From contig JBFXLE010000012.1 of NCBI GenBank assembly GCA_050173015.1, positions 40,745-104,744 on the forward strand: 64,000 nucleotides of DNA. Reading direction: 5' to 3'. The stretch is from Calditrichaceae bacterium (GTDB lineage Bacteria; Calditrichota; Calditrichia; Calditrichales; JBFXGD01). Under the pieces are notes generated by a model. The model searched no databases and was not told the origin of the DNA. It saw nothing but the letters and a program-made list of their open reading frames with translations. Below, piece by piece: positions 17,783-28,740 of the stretch. Every line of letters starts with the position of its first letter. Positions within the stretch are counted from its first letter, which is position 1. A program made the position numbers and the translations under genes.

Positions 17783-19696
17783 TTATTGCTCAAGTGTGCT
17801 TAAATCACCTTCATCCTGACCGAGGGCGCGGGCTTTCAGAACCCGACGCATGATTTTTCCGCTTCTGGTTTTTGGAAGTGTCTCAACAAAATGAACTGTT
17901 TCCGGTTTGGCGATTGGTCCGATCTCACGGCTGACATGTTCTTTCAGTTCATTTTCCAGCGCTTTGCTCCCGGTAAGACCGGCTCTCAGGATCACAAAAG
18001 TATGAATCGCGTTCCCTTTAAGTTCATGGGGCAGAGCAATTGCCGCTGCTTCAGAAACGGCGGAATGGCTGACCAGAGCACTTTCAATTTCCGCTGTCCC
18101 AAGCCGGTATCCGCTCACTTTTATGACATCATCGATGCGGCCGATAACCCAAAGGTATCCGTCTTTGTCGATCCTGGCCGAGTCACCGGCTTTATACCAA
18201 CCCTGTTTTTCATAATCCTTCCAGTAGGTTTCAACATAGCGTTCGGGATCGCGGTAGATTGTTCTCGCCATCCCGGGCCAAGGAGCTTTGATTACAAGTT
18301 TTCCCTCTTCGCCGGGTTTAACTTCTTTACCTTTTTCATCCACAACCCCCACTTCATTACCGAAGAATGGACGACTGGCGGAACCCGGTTTCAGGGGCAT
18401 CACAGGAATGGGAGTAATCATAAAACCACCGGTCTCGGTTTGCCACCATGTATCCATAATCGGGCATTTTTCCCGGCCGATTACGCGGTGATACCAAAGC
18501 CAGGCCTCAGGATTTATGGGTTCGCCAACCGATCCGAGAAGCCGCAGGGTGGATAAATCGTGTCTTTCCGGCCAGGCGTCACCAAACCGCATAAGACCTC
18601 TTATCGCCGTCGGCGAAGTATATAAAATAGTGATTCCGTATTTTTCAACAATCTGCCACCACCGGTTTGGATAGGGATGATTAGGAGCTCCTTCGTACAT
18701 CATGATCGTGGCGCCATTGATCAGCGGTCCGTAAACAATATAGCTATGACCAGTGATCCAGCCGGGATCGGCAGCGCACCACCAGCGGTCATCATCCTTA
18801 ATGTCAAACACGTAATGATGAGTTGAGGCCGTGTAAACACTGTAACCTCCATGTGTATGGACCACACCTTTGGGTCTGCCTGTGGTTCCGGAGGTGTACA
18901 GAATAAATAGCATATCTTCAGAATCCATGACTTCCGTTTCACATTTCGGGCTTGCTATAGGCAGAGTCATCAGATCATGCCACCAGAAGTCACGGTCATT
19001 TTCCATATAAACGTCTTCACCGGTGCGTTTTACGGTGATGCAAACTTCGATAGTCGGGGATCTTTTAATCGCCTCATTTGCAATTTCTTTCAACTTAGTA
19101 GGTTGTCCTCTACGGTAGCCACCGTCCGCGGTAACCAGTACACGGCTTCTCGCGTCTTCAATCCGTTCGGCGAGCGCTTCTACGCTGAAACCGCCGTAAA
19201 CGACGCTGTGAGCGGCGCCGATTTTAGCGCAGGCCAGCATGGCAAATGCAAGTTCGGGTATCTGTGGCATATATATAGTTACGATGTCGCCTTTTCTGAC
19301 ACCCATGCTTTTCAGTACATTGGCAAACTTAGAAACTTCTCTGTTCAGCGCGTGATAAGAGTATGTGCGAACGTCACCCGGTTCTCCCTCCCAGATAAGC
19401 GCCAGCTTATTTCTGCGCCAATTTTTCAGATGCCGATCAATCGCGTTGTGGATTATGTTGGTCTTGCCGCCTGTAAACCATTTATAGAAAGGTTTTTCGG
19501 AATCATCCAGCACTTTGTTCCATTTTTCGTACCAGCCGAGTTTTTCGGCTTCTTCGGCCCAAAAACCCTCTCTGTCTTCTATGGAACGTTTGTAAATTGA
19601 TTCATAATCTTTGATGTGGGCTTGTTCAATGGTTTCCGGAGAGGGGTGAAAAAATCCATCATTTGAGTTATTTTTATTCTTCTGGTCATTACTCAT
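17783..19696 (-). CDS. acs: Acetyl-CoA synthetase
   Basis: YTSGTTGRPKG, ADPGWITGHSY, GSVGEPINPEAW, DTWWQTETGG, LPKTRSGKIMRR. Confidence 0.95.
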   Translation of the reverse strand: MSNDQKNKNNSNDGFFHPSPETIEQAHIKDYESIYKRSIEDREGFWAEEAEKLGWYEKWNKVLDDSEKPFYKWFTGGKTNIIHNAIDRHLKNWRRNKLALIWEGEPGDVRTYSYHALNREVSKFANVLKSMGVRKGDIVTIYMPQIPELAFAMLACAKIGAAHSVVYGGFSVEALAERIEDARSRVLVTADGGYRRGQPTKLKEIANEAIKRSPTIEVCITVKRTGEDVYMENDRDFWWHDLMTLPIASPKCETEVMDSEDMLFILYTSGTTGRPKGVVHTHGGYSVYTASTHHYVFDIKDDDRWWCAADPGWITGHSYIVYGPLINGATIMMYEGAPNHPYPNRWWQIVEKYGITILYTSPTAIRGLMRFGDAWPERHDLSTLRLLGSVGEPINPEAWLWYHRVIGREKCPIMDTWWQTETGGFMITPIPVMPLKPGSASRPFFGNEVGVVDEKGKEVKPGEEGKLVIKAPWPGMARTIYRDPERYVETYWKDYEKQGWYKAGDSARIDKDGYLWVIGRIDDVIKVSGYRLGTAEIESALVSHSAVSEAAAIALPHELKGNAIHTFVILRAGLTGSKALENELKEHVSREIGPIAKPETVHFVETLPKTRSGKIMRRVLKARALGQDEGDLSTLEQ

Positions 19697-20027
19697 ACGG
19701 ACATCCTCCTTAATATAGTATATATGATCTTAGGCCGATATATATAAAAACAATCTCAGAATTTTCGGATGTTCATTAATATCCAGACAAGTTAAAAAAA
19801 CAGCATTTTTAATGATTAATGGGATAAACAAAGGAACATCATCTGCCTTGACTTATTGAATCCTGCAATGATAAATTTGTATCATAACAAACAATCTAAG
19901 CAGGGTGAATATTCCAAGTCAATCCGGGTGTTGTACGAATGAGATACTGCTTTAATTCTATTTAAAAGCTACTGATACTGATTACTGCAATGGGCACTAA
20001 TGATAATAAATCTTTTTTCCGGAACAA

Positions 20028-21452
20028 TCAATAAAAGATGCTTTTTAAAATATAGAAGAATAAAATTGCTCCAAGCGCTCCGACGGGAATGGTGATTATC
20101 CATGAAAGGATAATATCACGGATAGATCTCATGTTCAACGCGCCAATCCCGCGCGCCAGGCCGACGCCTAAAATGGCGCCCACGAGAGCGTGTGTAGTTG
20201 ATATTGGTAGTCCCAATTTTGACGCGAAAACAATAGTGATTGCAGCGCCAAATTCAGCTGAAAATCCTCGGGTCGGAGTCAGTTCGGTGATTTTTTTACC
20301 GATAGTTTCGATGACACGCCATCCCCATGTCGCAAGACCGACAACAATGCCGACGCCGCCAAGCATTAGCACCCACGTAGGCACTGCAGACTGTGTCGTT
20401 ATCGACCCGTTTATCAGCACATTGATAACAGCGCTCAGGGGACCCACGGCATTGGCGACATCGTTAGCGCCATGCGCAAACGCGACAAAGGCCGCGCTCA
20501 TGATCTGCAGATAAACAAAGATGCGTTCGACTGTCCGGTATTCAGTGCTCCCCCGCTCGATGGTAACACCTGTTCTGACCCTGCTTCTTATTGCCTTCAA
20601 ATCGGAGAGTAACTTTGAAAGCATTTCATTTATATCACCGCTTGAATCAAGTTTTGCCGCCTGTAGGAACCTTGAAGCTTTTTTTATATTATCTGCGACA
20701 GAAACGGGTTGAAATAAACGGACACGATCCGGTTCAGGAGTCTCCTTGATACGTTTTACAAGAAAAAAACTTATAATGGAAGCAATTATTCCGACTGCTG
20801 CGGCAATTAACAATGCCGAGCCAAGAGGAAGATCCAGGTGCAAATTTTTGAGGCCCTTAAAAACCAGGACAAGCGTCATAACAAAAAAAACTAAAAACAC
20901 GAGGAAGGGGGTAATTCTTTTTGCCGCGGACACGGGATCCGCGTTATAATATATTTGCTTTCGAAGAATGCTGAATATTACAAATGCTATTGTTCCACTC
21001 AGTACGGGAGATATCACCCAGCTTCCGACAATAGACCCAACTTTCTGCCAGTGAATTGCATCAACCCCACCGATTAAAATTCCAAAGCCAATGATCGATC
21101 CAACAATTGAGTGTGTCGTTGAGACCGGCCAGCCAAAGTAAGATGCCACCTGAAGCCAGATGGCTGCGGACAGAAGCGCGGCCAGCATACCATAAACAAA
21201 AAAAACAGGATTTGAAGAAAAAATCTCAGGTGAGACGATTCCTTTTTGTACCGTTTCAGAAACATGGGAACCGACAAAGAATGCTCCCGAAAATTCCATT
21301 ATAGCAGCAAGAATAACAGCTCTTTTTATTGTCAGAGCCTTCGAGCCTACCGAAGTACCCATCGCATTTGCAACATCATTGGCTCCGATAGACCAGGCCA
21401 TGTAGAAACCAAAAATAATCGCAAGTACAAAAAGTATTGAACCAAATTCCAT
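20028..21452 (-). CDS. pit: PiT family inorganic phosphate transporter
   Basis: Two GANDVAN signatures, PVSTTH and PISTTH. Confidence 0.93.
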   Translation of the reverse strand: MEFGSILFVLAIIFGFYMAWSIGANDVANAMGTSVGSKALTIKRAVILAAIMEFSGAFFVGSHVSETVQKGIVSPEIFSSNPVFFVYGMLAALLSAAIWLQVASYFGWPVSTTHSIVGSIIGFGILIGGVDAIHWQKVGSIVGSWVISPVLSGTIAFVIFSILRKQIYYNADPVSAAKRITPFLVFLVFFVMTLVLVFKGLKNLHLDLPLGSALLIAAAVGIIASIISFFLVKRIKETPEPDRVRLFQPVSVADNIKKASRFLQAAKLDSSGDINEMLSKLLSDLKAIRSRVRTGVTIERGSTEYRTVERIFVYLQIMSAAFVAFAHGANDVANAVGPLSAVINVLINGSITTQSAVPTWVLMLGGVGIVVGLATWGWRVIETIGKKITELTPTRGFSAEFGAAITIVFASKLGLPISTTHALVGAILGVGLARGIGALNMRSIRDIILSWIITIPVGALGAILFFYILKSIFY

Positions 21453-21487
21453 CTATTCTCCAGTGGTCATTCGCGTCAAATTAAAAA

Positions 21488-22162
21488 TTACTTTATTTCC
21501 AGAATCATTCGCACTCTGTTCGCCAGTTTTTCTGCGGAGTTTGACAGACGGGCCAGTGTCCTGAGAATACCCATCCATAAAATAAATTCACCATGTGTAA
21601 ACTCATGCTCATTCGCGAAAAGGGATTGAAGTAATTTTTGCTGGACCAAATCGGCTTCATGCTCCGCGTAAGCCACTTGTTCCACAAGCTGCATAACCCG
21701 TTCCGCTTCTTTACCTCCAAATGATGACTGAATGAGTTCATCCATTTCCTGCATGACTTTGGACGCCTTGTCAATTGTTTCAAGATTCTTGTCCAGGAAT
21801 ACCCAAAAGTGCATATCCATACATTTCGGGATTTTGCACTCTTTATATGTCAGGAGCATACCGATATCCTCACAGGTATCGGCAAGTGAATCCTGAATAC
21901 CAAGCATTTCTAAGATATCGTTCCGGTCAACAGGCATGAAAAGTCCTTGTCTCAAGCTGTTTCTGATATCATTCTTAATTAAATCAGCTGAATGCTCGAG
22001 GCGCGAGATTTCTTTTGCAAGCGGCTGAATTTTTTCCTGTTCACCCTTTTTGACCGCTTCAAATAATTCAGGCACTTTGACAACACATTCCATTACAGTG
22101 GACATGTGAGCTTGTAAGGGGCCAAAAGGAGAAGCTGCGAAAATTTTTGAAAATACGCCCAT
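21488..22162 (-). CDS. DUF47/TIGR00153 PhoU-like PiT accessory protein
   Basis: SPFGPLQAHM, LEHSAD..K..IR, FMPVDR, EHEAD; upstream of pit. Confidence 0.88.
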   Translation of the reverse strand: MGVFSKIFAASPFGPLQAHMSTVMECVVKVPELFEAVKKGEQEKIQPLAKEISRLEHSADLIKNDIRNSLRQGLFMPVDRNDILEMLGIQDSLADTCEDIGMLLTYKECKIPKCMDMHFWVFLDKNLETIDKASKVMQEMDELIQSSFGGKEAERVMQLVEQVAYAEHEADLVQQKLLQSLFANEHEFTHGEFILWMGILRTLARLSNSAEKLANRVRMILEIK

Positions 22163-22363
22163 CGATTATGCTCTCTTAGTTAATTTGAGTCAATTCAAAA
22201 TTATGGCAAATATTAAATTTTAATACCAAGTGTAATCATACAAAATTCTGACTTTTACATCAACAATTTTGAATCAAAATAATTATCAATTTTTGGATGT
22301 GGTTAATCACTTTAAAAACAAATAATTATGTCAAGTTCTTTTGATTTTGGGATGTATAATGGT

Positions 22364-22397
22364 AAAAAAAAAAGGATCTCCGCGCGGAGATCCTTTT
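22364..22397 (-). terminator. Terminator after the subtilisin gene
   Basis: AAAGGATCTCCG-cg-CGGAGATCCTTT stem with an A10 run (T10 on the minus strand). Confidence 0.85.
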
Positions 22398-22413
22398 ATG
22401 ATTCATAAAGTGA

Positions 22414-23610
22414 TTACTTATGCGCAATAGGATCTGCATTGCCGTCAGGATCACCGGTAACATAGCCATCTGTTTTAATATTACCGTTGGTTACGAGAAG
22501 TAGTCCCGCGACATGTGGGGTAGCCATTGAAGTTCCACTAATAGTATTCGTTCCGCCGTCTTTCCACAAAGACAGAATGCTTACTCCGGGGGCGGAATAA
22601 TCCACGGGCGGATTGCCATAATTTGAAAAATAAGCGAATACATCATTAATATCGAAAGCAGATACAGTATAAACATAAGGTCCATTGACCCGCGCAGGTG
22701 AATGATTGTTCGCATCATCCGATTCGTTGCCTGCTGCCAAGGCAAAATAAATCCCGTTATTCGAGGCGTTCAAAACAGCCTGATCAAGGGCGTCCGAAAT
22801 GCCGCCGCCAAGACTCATATTGGCAACATCACCGGCCGCGCCGTTTGCGGCAACATAATCAACACCGGCGATTACCCCAGTGGTGGATCCGCTGCCTCTG
22901 CGGTCAAGTACCTTAACGGCCACAACAGTTGCTCCGGCCGCGACACCAACAACGCCTTCGGTGTTGTCAATAGCTGCGATCGTTCCGGCAACGTGTGAGC
23001 CATGACCATTGTCGTCATCACCCGTTGTGGTTCTTGCTATAAAGGTAACACTTCTTGCTATATCAACATTTAAGTCGGGGTGTTCAAAATCGACACCCGT
23101 ATCAATAATCCAGGCCACTTTGCCCGCTGACGCTGTTGCTCCGCCAACCCGTGTAATTCCCCATGGTGTGGTTTGCGCAACCGGTGGTGCCGGCGGTTTT
23201 TTTGCAAAAATCGATGGACCTAAAGTGATTACCCGGTCCTGCTCAATAAATGATACGCGGCTGTCATTTTTTAATTTTTCAATTTCTTCTTTTGATGCTT
23301 TGACTGAAAATCCGGTTATTGCCCGGCTGTAAATTGAACCGATGGATGATTCACTCATTTTTGAATCATACAATACCGCTTTCGCTGTTGCTTGTACCGC
23401 AGCGGCTGTTTTGCCTAAACTTACCTGCTGCTGATCCAGTACAACGATATAACTTCCATCAATCGGGGTACCATTTACAGGTACATCCTGCGCCTGCATC
23501 ATTTCGGTTGAAGCCGAGTCGGTCGGTGATGTGGAGCGTTCGCAACTAAACATCAGGGCAGTAACCAGAATGGAAACAATTAACCCGGTAAAAAGTAATC
23601 CTTTTCTCAT
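22414..23610 (-). CDS. S8 subtilisin-like serine protease, lipoprotein with I9 propeptide
   Basis: Lipobox MFSC, YIVV I9 prodomain, and the triad IDTG / HGSHVAG / GTSMATPHVAG. Confidence 0.93.
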   Translation of the reverse strand: MRKGLLFTGLIVSILVTALMFSCERSTSPTDSASTEMMQAQDVPVNGTPIDGSYIVVLDQQQVSLGKTAAAVQATAKAVLYDSKMSESSIGSIYSRAITGFSVKASKEEIEKLKNDSRVSFIEQDRVITLGPSIFAKKPPAPPVAQTTPWGITRVGGATASAGKVAWIIDTGVDFEHPDLNVDIARSVTFIARTTTGDDDNGHGSHVAGTIAAIDNTEGVVGVAAGATVVAVKVLDRRGSGSTTGVIAGVDYVAANGAAGDVANMSLGGGISDALDQAVLNASNNGIYFALAAGNESDDANNHSPARVNGPYVYTVSAFDINDVFAYFSNYGNPPVDYSAPGVSILSLWKDGGTNTISGTSMATPHVAGLLLVTNGNIKTDGYVTGDPDGNADPIAHK

Positions 23611-23907
23611 CCGTCATCTCTCCTTGCAAATTAGTTGGACATAATAAATATTTTGCGGAAAGGAATCCCGCATTAATTAAAATCCAGAGGGCCTGGATCT
23701 GTAGAATGGATATGCAAATATATTAGATTATATGCAGAATGCAAGTGTTTTTACGCACAGATTTCTCAATAAAGAATGATATTTATTCAAAAATGTATAT
23801 ATTTTAAAGAAAAAAAGTGTTTTTTTATTAGATGAGTGATTTTTTATTTCCTGAACATTTTATCAATTATCCCGATCGGCATCCGTAAAAAGGATAATTT
23901 TATACCC

Positions 23908-25467
23908 TCATTTGGGATATCCCGTTATCTCACGGATACGCTCATACAAAGGTTTAAGGTTGCTGTACATTTTTTTATAAACATCCTTATAGAGTTCATC
24001 GTAAAGCTGATGTGTTTTCAGATTCGGCTCAAAGACATCACCGACCCTTGTCATCGCATTGACCGCGTCATTAAAATTATTGTGCAAGCCCAAACCCACG
24101 GCAACTTCTATGGCCGCTCCAAGGCCGGAGGTCTCGTACAAATGGGGTCGGGCAGTGGGAAGACCAAAAATATCCGCCGTAACCTGCATCGCGTTCCTGC
24201 TTTGTGAGCCGCCACCCGAAACACGCAGAGATTCGATGGGGATATGCGTACGTTTTTCGATTCTTTCTTTACCTTCACGCAGGGCGTAGGCTAATCCTTC
24301 CAGGATCGCTTTGAATAAATGCGCGCGTGTATGGATATCGCCAAATCCTATGACGGCGCCCTTCGCCTCGGGTCCGGGAAGCTTAATACCCGGGGTCCAG
24401 TATGGCTGAAGAATCAAGCCCATGGAGCCGGCGGGAATGTCGTCGATGAGTTTGTCAAACAGGGCTTCGGCATCGATACCTCGTATCTCCGCTTCCTGCT
24501 TCTCCGGATATCCAAACTCCTCTTTAAACCAGCTGACCATCCAGAAGCCCCGGTAAATCTGAACTTCCATGGAATGATAGTCTCTGACGGCGGAAGGGTA
24601 GGGAGGAAGAAAAGGAATAGCCTCAATATATTTCTTGTGAGTTACGTTTATTGTCGCTGTTGTTCCGTAACTCAGACAGCCGATGGACGGTTCGAGACTT
24701 CCGGAACCGATTACTTCGCAAGCCTTGTCGGCCGCCGCTGCAATAAGCGGAAGACCGGCCGGAATACCAGTTTCCGCGGATGCTTCCGTTGTAATCTCCC
24801 CTAGTACTTCACCGGGCTCAATTAGATCCGGAAGCTGATTCCGCTCAACGGGAACGCCTTTCCATTTCCAATCCCAGCCTGAAGCCCAGCGCAAATTTTT
24901 GTAATCAAAGGGGATGTAACCGACCTGACAACCAATGGAGTCCACAAATTTTCCGATCAACCGGTGGGTCAGATAGCCGGATAACAGCAGATATTTATGT
25001 GTTTGCTTCCAGATTTCAGGTTGCTCCAGTCGAATCCAGTTGGCTTCAGCTTCTTCCTGGAAGTACGAAATTGTTCCGCTGAGCCGGAGCAGTTTAAATA
25101 AAGTACCCCACCAGCCTCCGAGCGGTGGTTGTCCGTAGGCTTTTCTCTGATCAAGCCAAAGAATAGCCGGCCGAAGCGGATTTCCGTTTTTATCGAGATT
25201 AATGACCGTTCCTCGCTGAGTGGTGAGCGCCACACCCGCGATCCGTTCTTTATAAGCGTTATTTGCTTCCCAGAGACCCTGACATGCACGGCATAGCGTT
25301 TTCCAAAAGACTTCGGGGTCTTGTTCAGCCCAACCCGGATTGGCGGAAAAATAGGGTTTGAATGGAACCTGGTTGATGGCAAGTAAATCACCATTTAAAT
25401 CGAAAATCATGGCTTTAAGGCTCTGGGTGCCGTTATCGATGGATAACAAAAGGTCTTTTGTCGGCAT
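23908..25467 (-). CDS. FGGY-family carbohydrate/glycerol-type kinase
   Basis: IDNGTQS, GWAEQDP, TTQR, W.DQR, GTTA, AILEG, SGGGS. Start reassigned to ATG 25467. Confidence 0.9.
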   Translation of the reverse strand: MPTKDLLLSIDNGTQSLKAMIFDLNGDLLAINQVPFKPYFSANPGWAEQDPEVFWKTLCRACQGLWEANNAYKERIAGVALTTQRGTVINLDKNGNPLRPAILWLDQRKAYGQPPLGGWWGTLFKLLRLSGTISYFQEEAEANWIRLEQPEIWKQTHKYLLLSGYLTHRLIGKFVDSIGCQVGYIPFDYKNLRWASGWDWKWKGVPVERNQLPDLIEPGEVLGEITTEASAETGIPAGLPLIAAAADKACEVIGSGSLEPSIGCLSYGTTATINVTHKKYIEAIPFLPPYPSAVRDYHSMEVQIYRGFWMVSWFKEEFGYPEKQEAEIRGIDAEALFDKLIDDIPAGSMGLILQPYWTPGIKLPGPEAKGAVIGFGDIHTRAHLFKAILEGLAYALREGKERIEKRTHIPIESLRVSGGGSQSRNAMQVTADIFGLPTARPHLYETSGLGAAIEVAVGLGLHNNFNDAVNAMTRVGDVFEPNLKTHQLYDELYKDVYKKMYSNLKPLYERIREITGYPK

Positions 25468-25573
25468 AAGTATTCCGCTGATTAGTGGAGTATCGTCCGG
25501 TTGCAACAGTGAATTCTATATCGGCTATCGGTAAAATACGCGGATGCTTTAGTTGAATCAAGCAGGTATGAAT

Positions 25574-27130
25574 CTATTTTACCGGAACTTTGTGTTTTAA
25601 TTTCCAATGTTCAAGATATTGATTTTTTTCATCTTCCCATTTTGTGTTATCCCAGGGCAAGACAGGTTGACAGATTCTCTGGATATGGCTGAGATATGCT
25701 TCACCGCCGCCCGGCAATAGAAGACCAATCCGTGTGCGGCGTAACAGAAGATCGGTAAGATGCCGGATGTGTTCATTTTTTGCGGTGTAAGGCAGCTCTG
25801 CCCAGATTGTATTTGTACCGGGGATGATTTTAAGATCTCTCTTGTCAGAATTTTGAATGAGCGCCTCAGCCTTCAATCCATATCTTCCATAAAGCCGGCG
25901 AATGATGTTTGCGTCCAGATTACTGACAAGACCCTTTTTTACCGGAGCAGGTTGGAAGACGGGTTCGTTTTTAACAGTCTCGGTTCCTGGTGGAAGATAC
26001 GGGAGAGCTGCTTTTAGCGCGTCCCACGCAAGTCGGTGGAACGTCGTAAGTTTGCCTCCTGTTATGGTGATAAGTCCTTTCTGTACCCACACCACATGTT
26101 CACGAGTCTCTTCAGACGGCGGTAAATTCCCTTCGCTCAGAACCGGGCGAACACCGGCATATGATGAGAGACAATCATCTAAGGTGATATCAAGCGAAGG
26201 GAAAAGTGATGTAAGTCCTTCCATGAGATATTCTACCTCTTCCATAGTGATAACCGGTTCAAATGACAAGGGTTCTTTAAAGTCAACATCCGTTGTGCCG
26301 ATAAAAACGGCTCCTTCCCACGGGATAACAAATAAGGGTCTCTTGTCGGCAGGATGGAAAAAACTAATTGCCTGGGGCAGAGGGATCGCCCATGCCGGAA
26401 ATATGAGATGGCTTCCTCGCAAAGGTCTCAGATGGAGTCCTTTCACCGGCGAGGGATGAAAAGTTTCCGCCCAGCTTCCGGTAGCATTTATGACCAGCCG
26501 GCACGAAAAAATACGCTCTTCATTTGATTCACTGTCTTTAACATTGACTCCGGTTACTTCATTTCTCTTGTTTTTAAGAATTTTGGAAACCTTGCTGTAG
26601 TTTTTCGCGACACCTCCGGATTCAAGCCCTTCATTGATGAGCCGGAGTACCAGCCGGGCATCATCCACCTGCGCGTCAAGAAAGCGGAATCCGCCTTTCA
26701 GGCCTTTTTTCCGGACATGAGGCGCCATCAGGGAAAATTCGGTACGGTCGAAATAATCATGCTGTTTTTCCTTCGCAAGAATATCATAGATAGAAAGCCC
26801 GGTTTCCAGCATGATTTTATCCGCGGGATGATCATTGTAAACAGGCAGCAGAAAGGGCAGCGGCTCAACAAGTCCCGGCGCCTCATGAAGCAATCGCTGC
26901 CGCTCTCTGACAGAAGTTCGGGTGAGGAGAAAGCGCCCCTGTTTGAGATACCGCAGACCTCCGTGAATCAGTTTTGATGACCTGCTTGATGTCCCCCAGG
27001 CGAAATCATGCTGTTCCAGAAGCAGAACACGAAGCCCCATACGCACCGCTTCCCTGAATATTCCTGCTCCTGTGATACCTCCGCCAATAATAATCAGATC
27101 CCAATGTTCGGGCAGATCGTTTAGTTCCAT
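25574..27130 (-). CDS. FAD-dependent glycerol-3-phosphate dehydrogenase/oxidase family protein
   Basis: IGGGITGAG, GTSSRSSKLIHGGLRYL, DDARL, GTTD, AGVRP, GGKLTT, RRTR. Confidence 0.9.
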   Translation of the reverse strand: MELNDLPEHWDLIIIGGGITGAGIFREAVRMGLRVLLLEQHDFAWGTSSRSSKLIHGGLRYLKQGRFLLTRTSVRERQRLLHEAPGLVEPLPFLLPVYNDHPADKIMLETGLSIYDILAKEKQHDYFDRTEFSLMAPHVRKKGLKGGFRFLDAQVDDARLVLRLINEGLESGGVAKNYSKVSKILKNKRNEVTGVNVKDSESNEERIFSCRLVINATGSWAETFHPSPVKGLHLRPLRGSHLIFPAWAIPLPQAISFFHPADKRPLFVIPWEGAVFIGTTDVDFKEPLSFEPVITMEEVEYLMEGLTSLFPSLDITLDDCLSSYAGVRPVLSEGNLPPSEETREHVVWVQKGLITITGGKLTTFHRLAWDALKAALPYLPPGTETVKNEPVFQPAPVKKGLVSNLDANIIRRLYGRYGLKAEALIQNSDKRDLKIIPGTNTIWAELPYTAKNEHIRHLTDLLLRRTRIGLLLPGGGEAYLSHIQRICQPVLPWDNTKWEDEKNQYLEHWKLKHKVPVK

Positions 27131-28740
27131 TTTTTACCGGCCTTCTGGATAATATTTCCGGGACTCATCCTGTGTTCAGGATCGATTTCATCGAAAATAT
27201 GTTTAATCATTTCCAAGCCTACCGTCCCTTTTTCCACTTTGATGTAGGGAGCATGATCTTTGCCGATACCATGCTGATGACTGATGGTCCCTCCGGCATC
27301 AACAATGGCATTGCTGGCCGCTTGTTTTATGGCTTTCCAGCGGCTAAGATTTTCCATGGCGGAATCAGTGATTCTGAAAACAAATTGCGTATAAATACTC
27401 GATCCGGTAGGATATATATGTGACAAGTGACTAAATACATGGATTCTTTCGTTGAATGGTCTCAGTGCGGATTTAATGGCGGATTCGATGGCTTCAAGAG
27501 TCAGATTTACATTATCCCATGTCACGGCTGTCTCAAGAGTGTCGACCGCATAGCCCGCGTCCCAGAGCGTATTTCTAAGATACGGAGTTCTGAACCGGTT
27601 TTTTTTCCAGGAATTACCCATGGCAGGTCCCGCGGAAACTCCTCCGTGGTTTTGGATGATTCCAAATGCTTCTTTTTTGGCGGATTTTACAATGCGGTGT
27701 GTTCCGGTAAATCCGATAAGACACATGCACGCCTTATCGATGCTTATTCCGCGAATTCTTAGATATTTAGTCAATACAGATATCTCTGTATCGTGTCCGG
27801 CGATAAGCGCGAGGCTTGTCATTGTTTCAGCAGCGGTGCTTAAGCGAAGCATGGAATAAGGGGTTTTGGAGTTAGCGATATTACGGGCGGCCTCAGTCGC
27901 CTCATCCCATGAGCGAAAGAACACTCCGTAAACGATGTCTTTTTCCGGTATCGGTGAGATTCGTAAAATGGCTTTGCTGATGACTCCGAGCCGGCCTTCA
28001 GAGCCCATAATTATTTCCCGCAAATCCGGACCGGCCGCCGAAGCGGGGAAAGGCGGGAGATTCATTTTTCCTTTAGGTGTAATGATTTCACCGCCCGCGA
28101 ATAACTGCTCGATACGGCCAAAATGCCTTGACTGCTGCCCGCTGGAACGCGTCGCGATCCAGCCTCCGAGTGAAGAATATTCAAATGATTGCGGATAATG
28201 TCCAAGTGTAAAACCGTGCGCCCTTAATCGCGCTTCTATGTCCGGACCGGTGATACCGGCTTCAAATGTAGCGAGATGACTTTTTTTATCAATAGAAATC
28301 AACTGGTTGAGACGCTTCATGGAGATACTCAAAACCGGACGTTTCTCCGGAGGTACATTCAAATGTCCCACAACACTCGTTCCGCCTCCATAGGGGATAA
28401 TGACAATTCCATTTTCTGATGCAAACCGGATAATTTTTTCCAGTTCCTTTAGCGACGAAGGATGCGCCACGCCATCGGGGAAAAGTGGTAAAGTTCCGCC
28501 GCGCAGTGAAATCCAGTCAGGCAGACTTTGTCCGTGAGCATGCAGCAGTCTGTCCGCGGGATCAACAGAAATCATCTGATTTTTTGGAAGCCTTGACTCC
28601 GGAATATTTTTTAGCAGCTGTTCTATCGGTACATCCGGTACCGGCATTGAATCCCCTACCAACTCCTTTAGCATTAAATGCGCTTTTTTAGATATTTCCA
28701 TATTAATTGAAGGATCACCCCAACCATTCCAGCGCTGCAT
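27121..28740 (-). CDS. FAD-linked oxidoreductase, alkyl-dihydroxyacetonephosphate synthase-like
   Basis: RWNGWG, PYGGGTSVVG, GHYPQSFEYSSLGGW.ATRSSG, GSEG.LG, DTLETA, HLSH.Y..G, GGTISHQHGIG. The ATG at 28740 overlaps the upstream stop (TAATG). Confidence 0.88.
   Translation of the reverse strand: MQRWNGWGDPSINMEISKKAHLMLKELVGDSMPVPDVPIEQLLKNIPESRLPKNQMISVDPADRLLHAHGQSLPDWISLRGGTLPLFPDGVAHPSSLKELEKIIRFASENGIVIIPYGGGTSVVGHLNVPPEKRPVLSISMKRLNQLISIDKKSHLATFEAGITGPDIEARLRAHGFTLGHYPQSFEYSSLGGWIATRSSGQQSRHFGRIEQLFAGGEIITPKGKMNLPPFPASAAGPDLREIIMGSEGRLGVISKAILRISPIPEKDIVYGVFFRSWDEATEAARNIANSKTPYSMLRLSTAAETMTSLALIAGHDTEISVLTKYLRIRGISIDKACMCLIGFTGTHRIVKSAKKEAFGIIQNHGGVSAGPAMGNSWKKNRFRTPYLRNTLWDAGYAVDTLETAVTWDNVNLTLEAIESAIKSALRPFNERIHVFSHLSHIYPTGSSIYTQFVFRITDSAMENLSRWKAIKQAASNAIVDAGGTISHQHGIGKDHAPYIKVEKGTVGLEMIKHIFDEIDPEHRMSPGNIIQKAGKKWN

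Noticed and set aside
17891-19600. Long antisense ORFs (221 and 207 aa) within acs, and similar ones within dinB, the kinase, glpD, the cytochromes and the RND gene
   Set aside because: They are shadow frames of well-supported genes and carry no recognisable motifs.
22163-22360. PHO box upstream of DUF47-pit
   Set aside because: No convincing 11-bp-period direct repeat was found.
23640-23760. Two small hairpins upstream of the subtilisin gene as a riboswitch
   Set aside because: I recognise no conserved riboswitch motifs; a covariance-model search would be needed.
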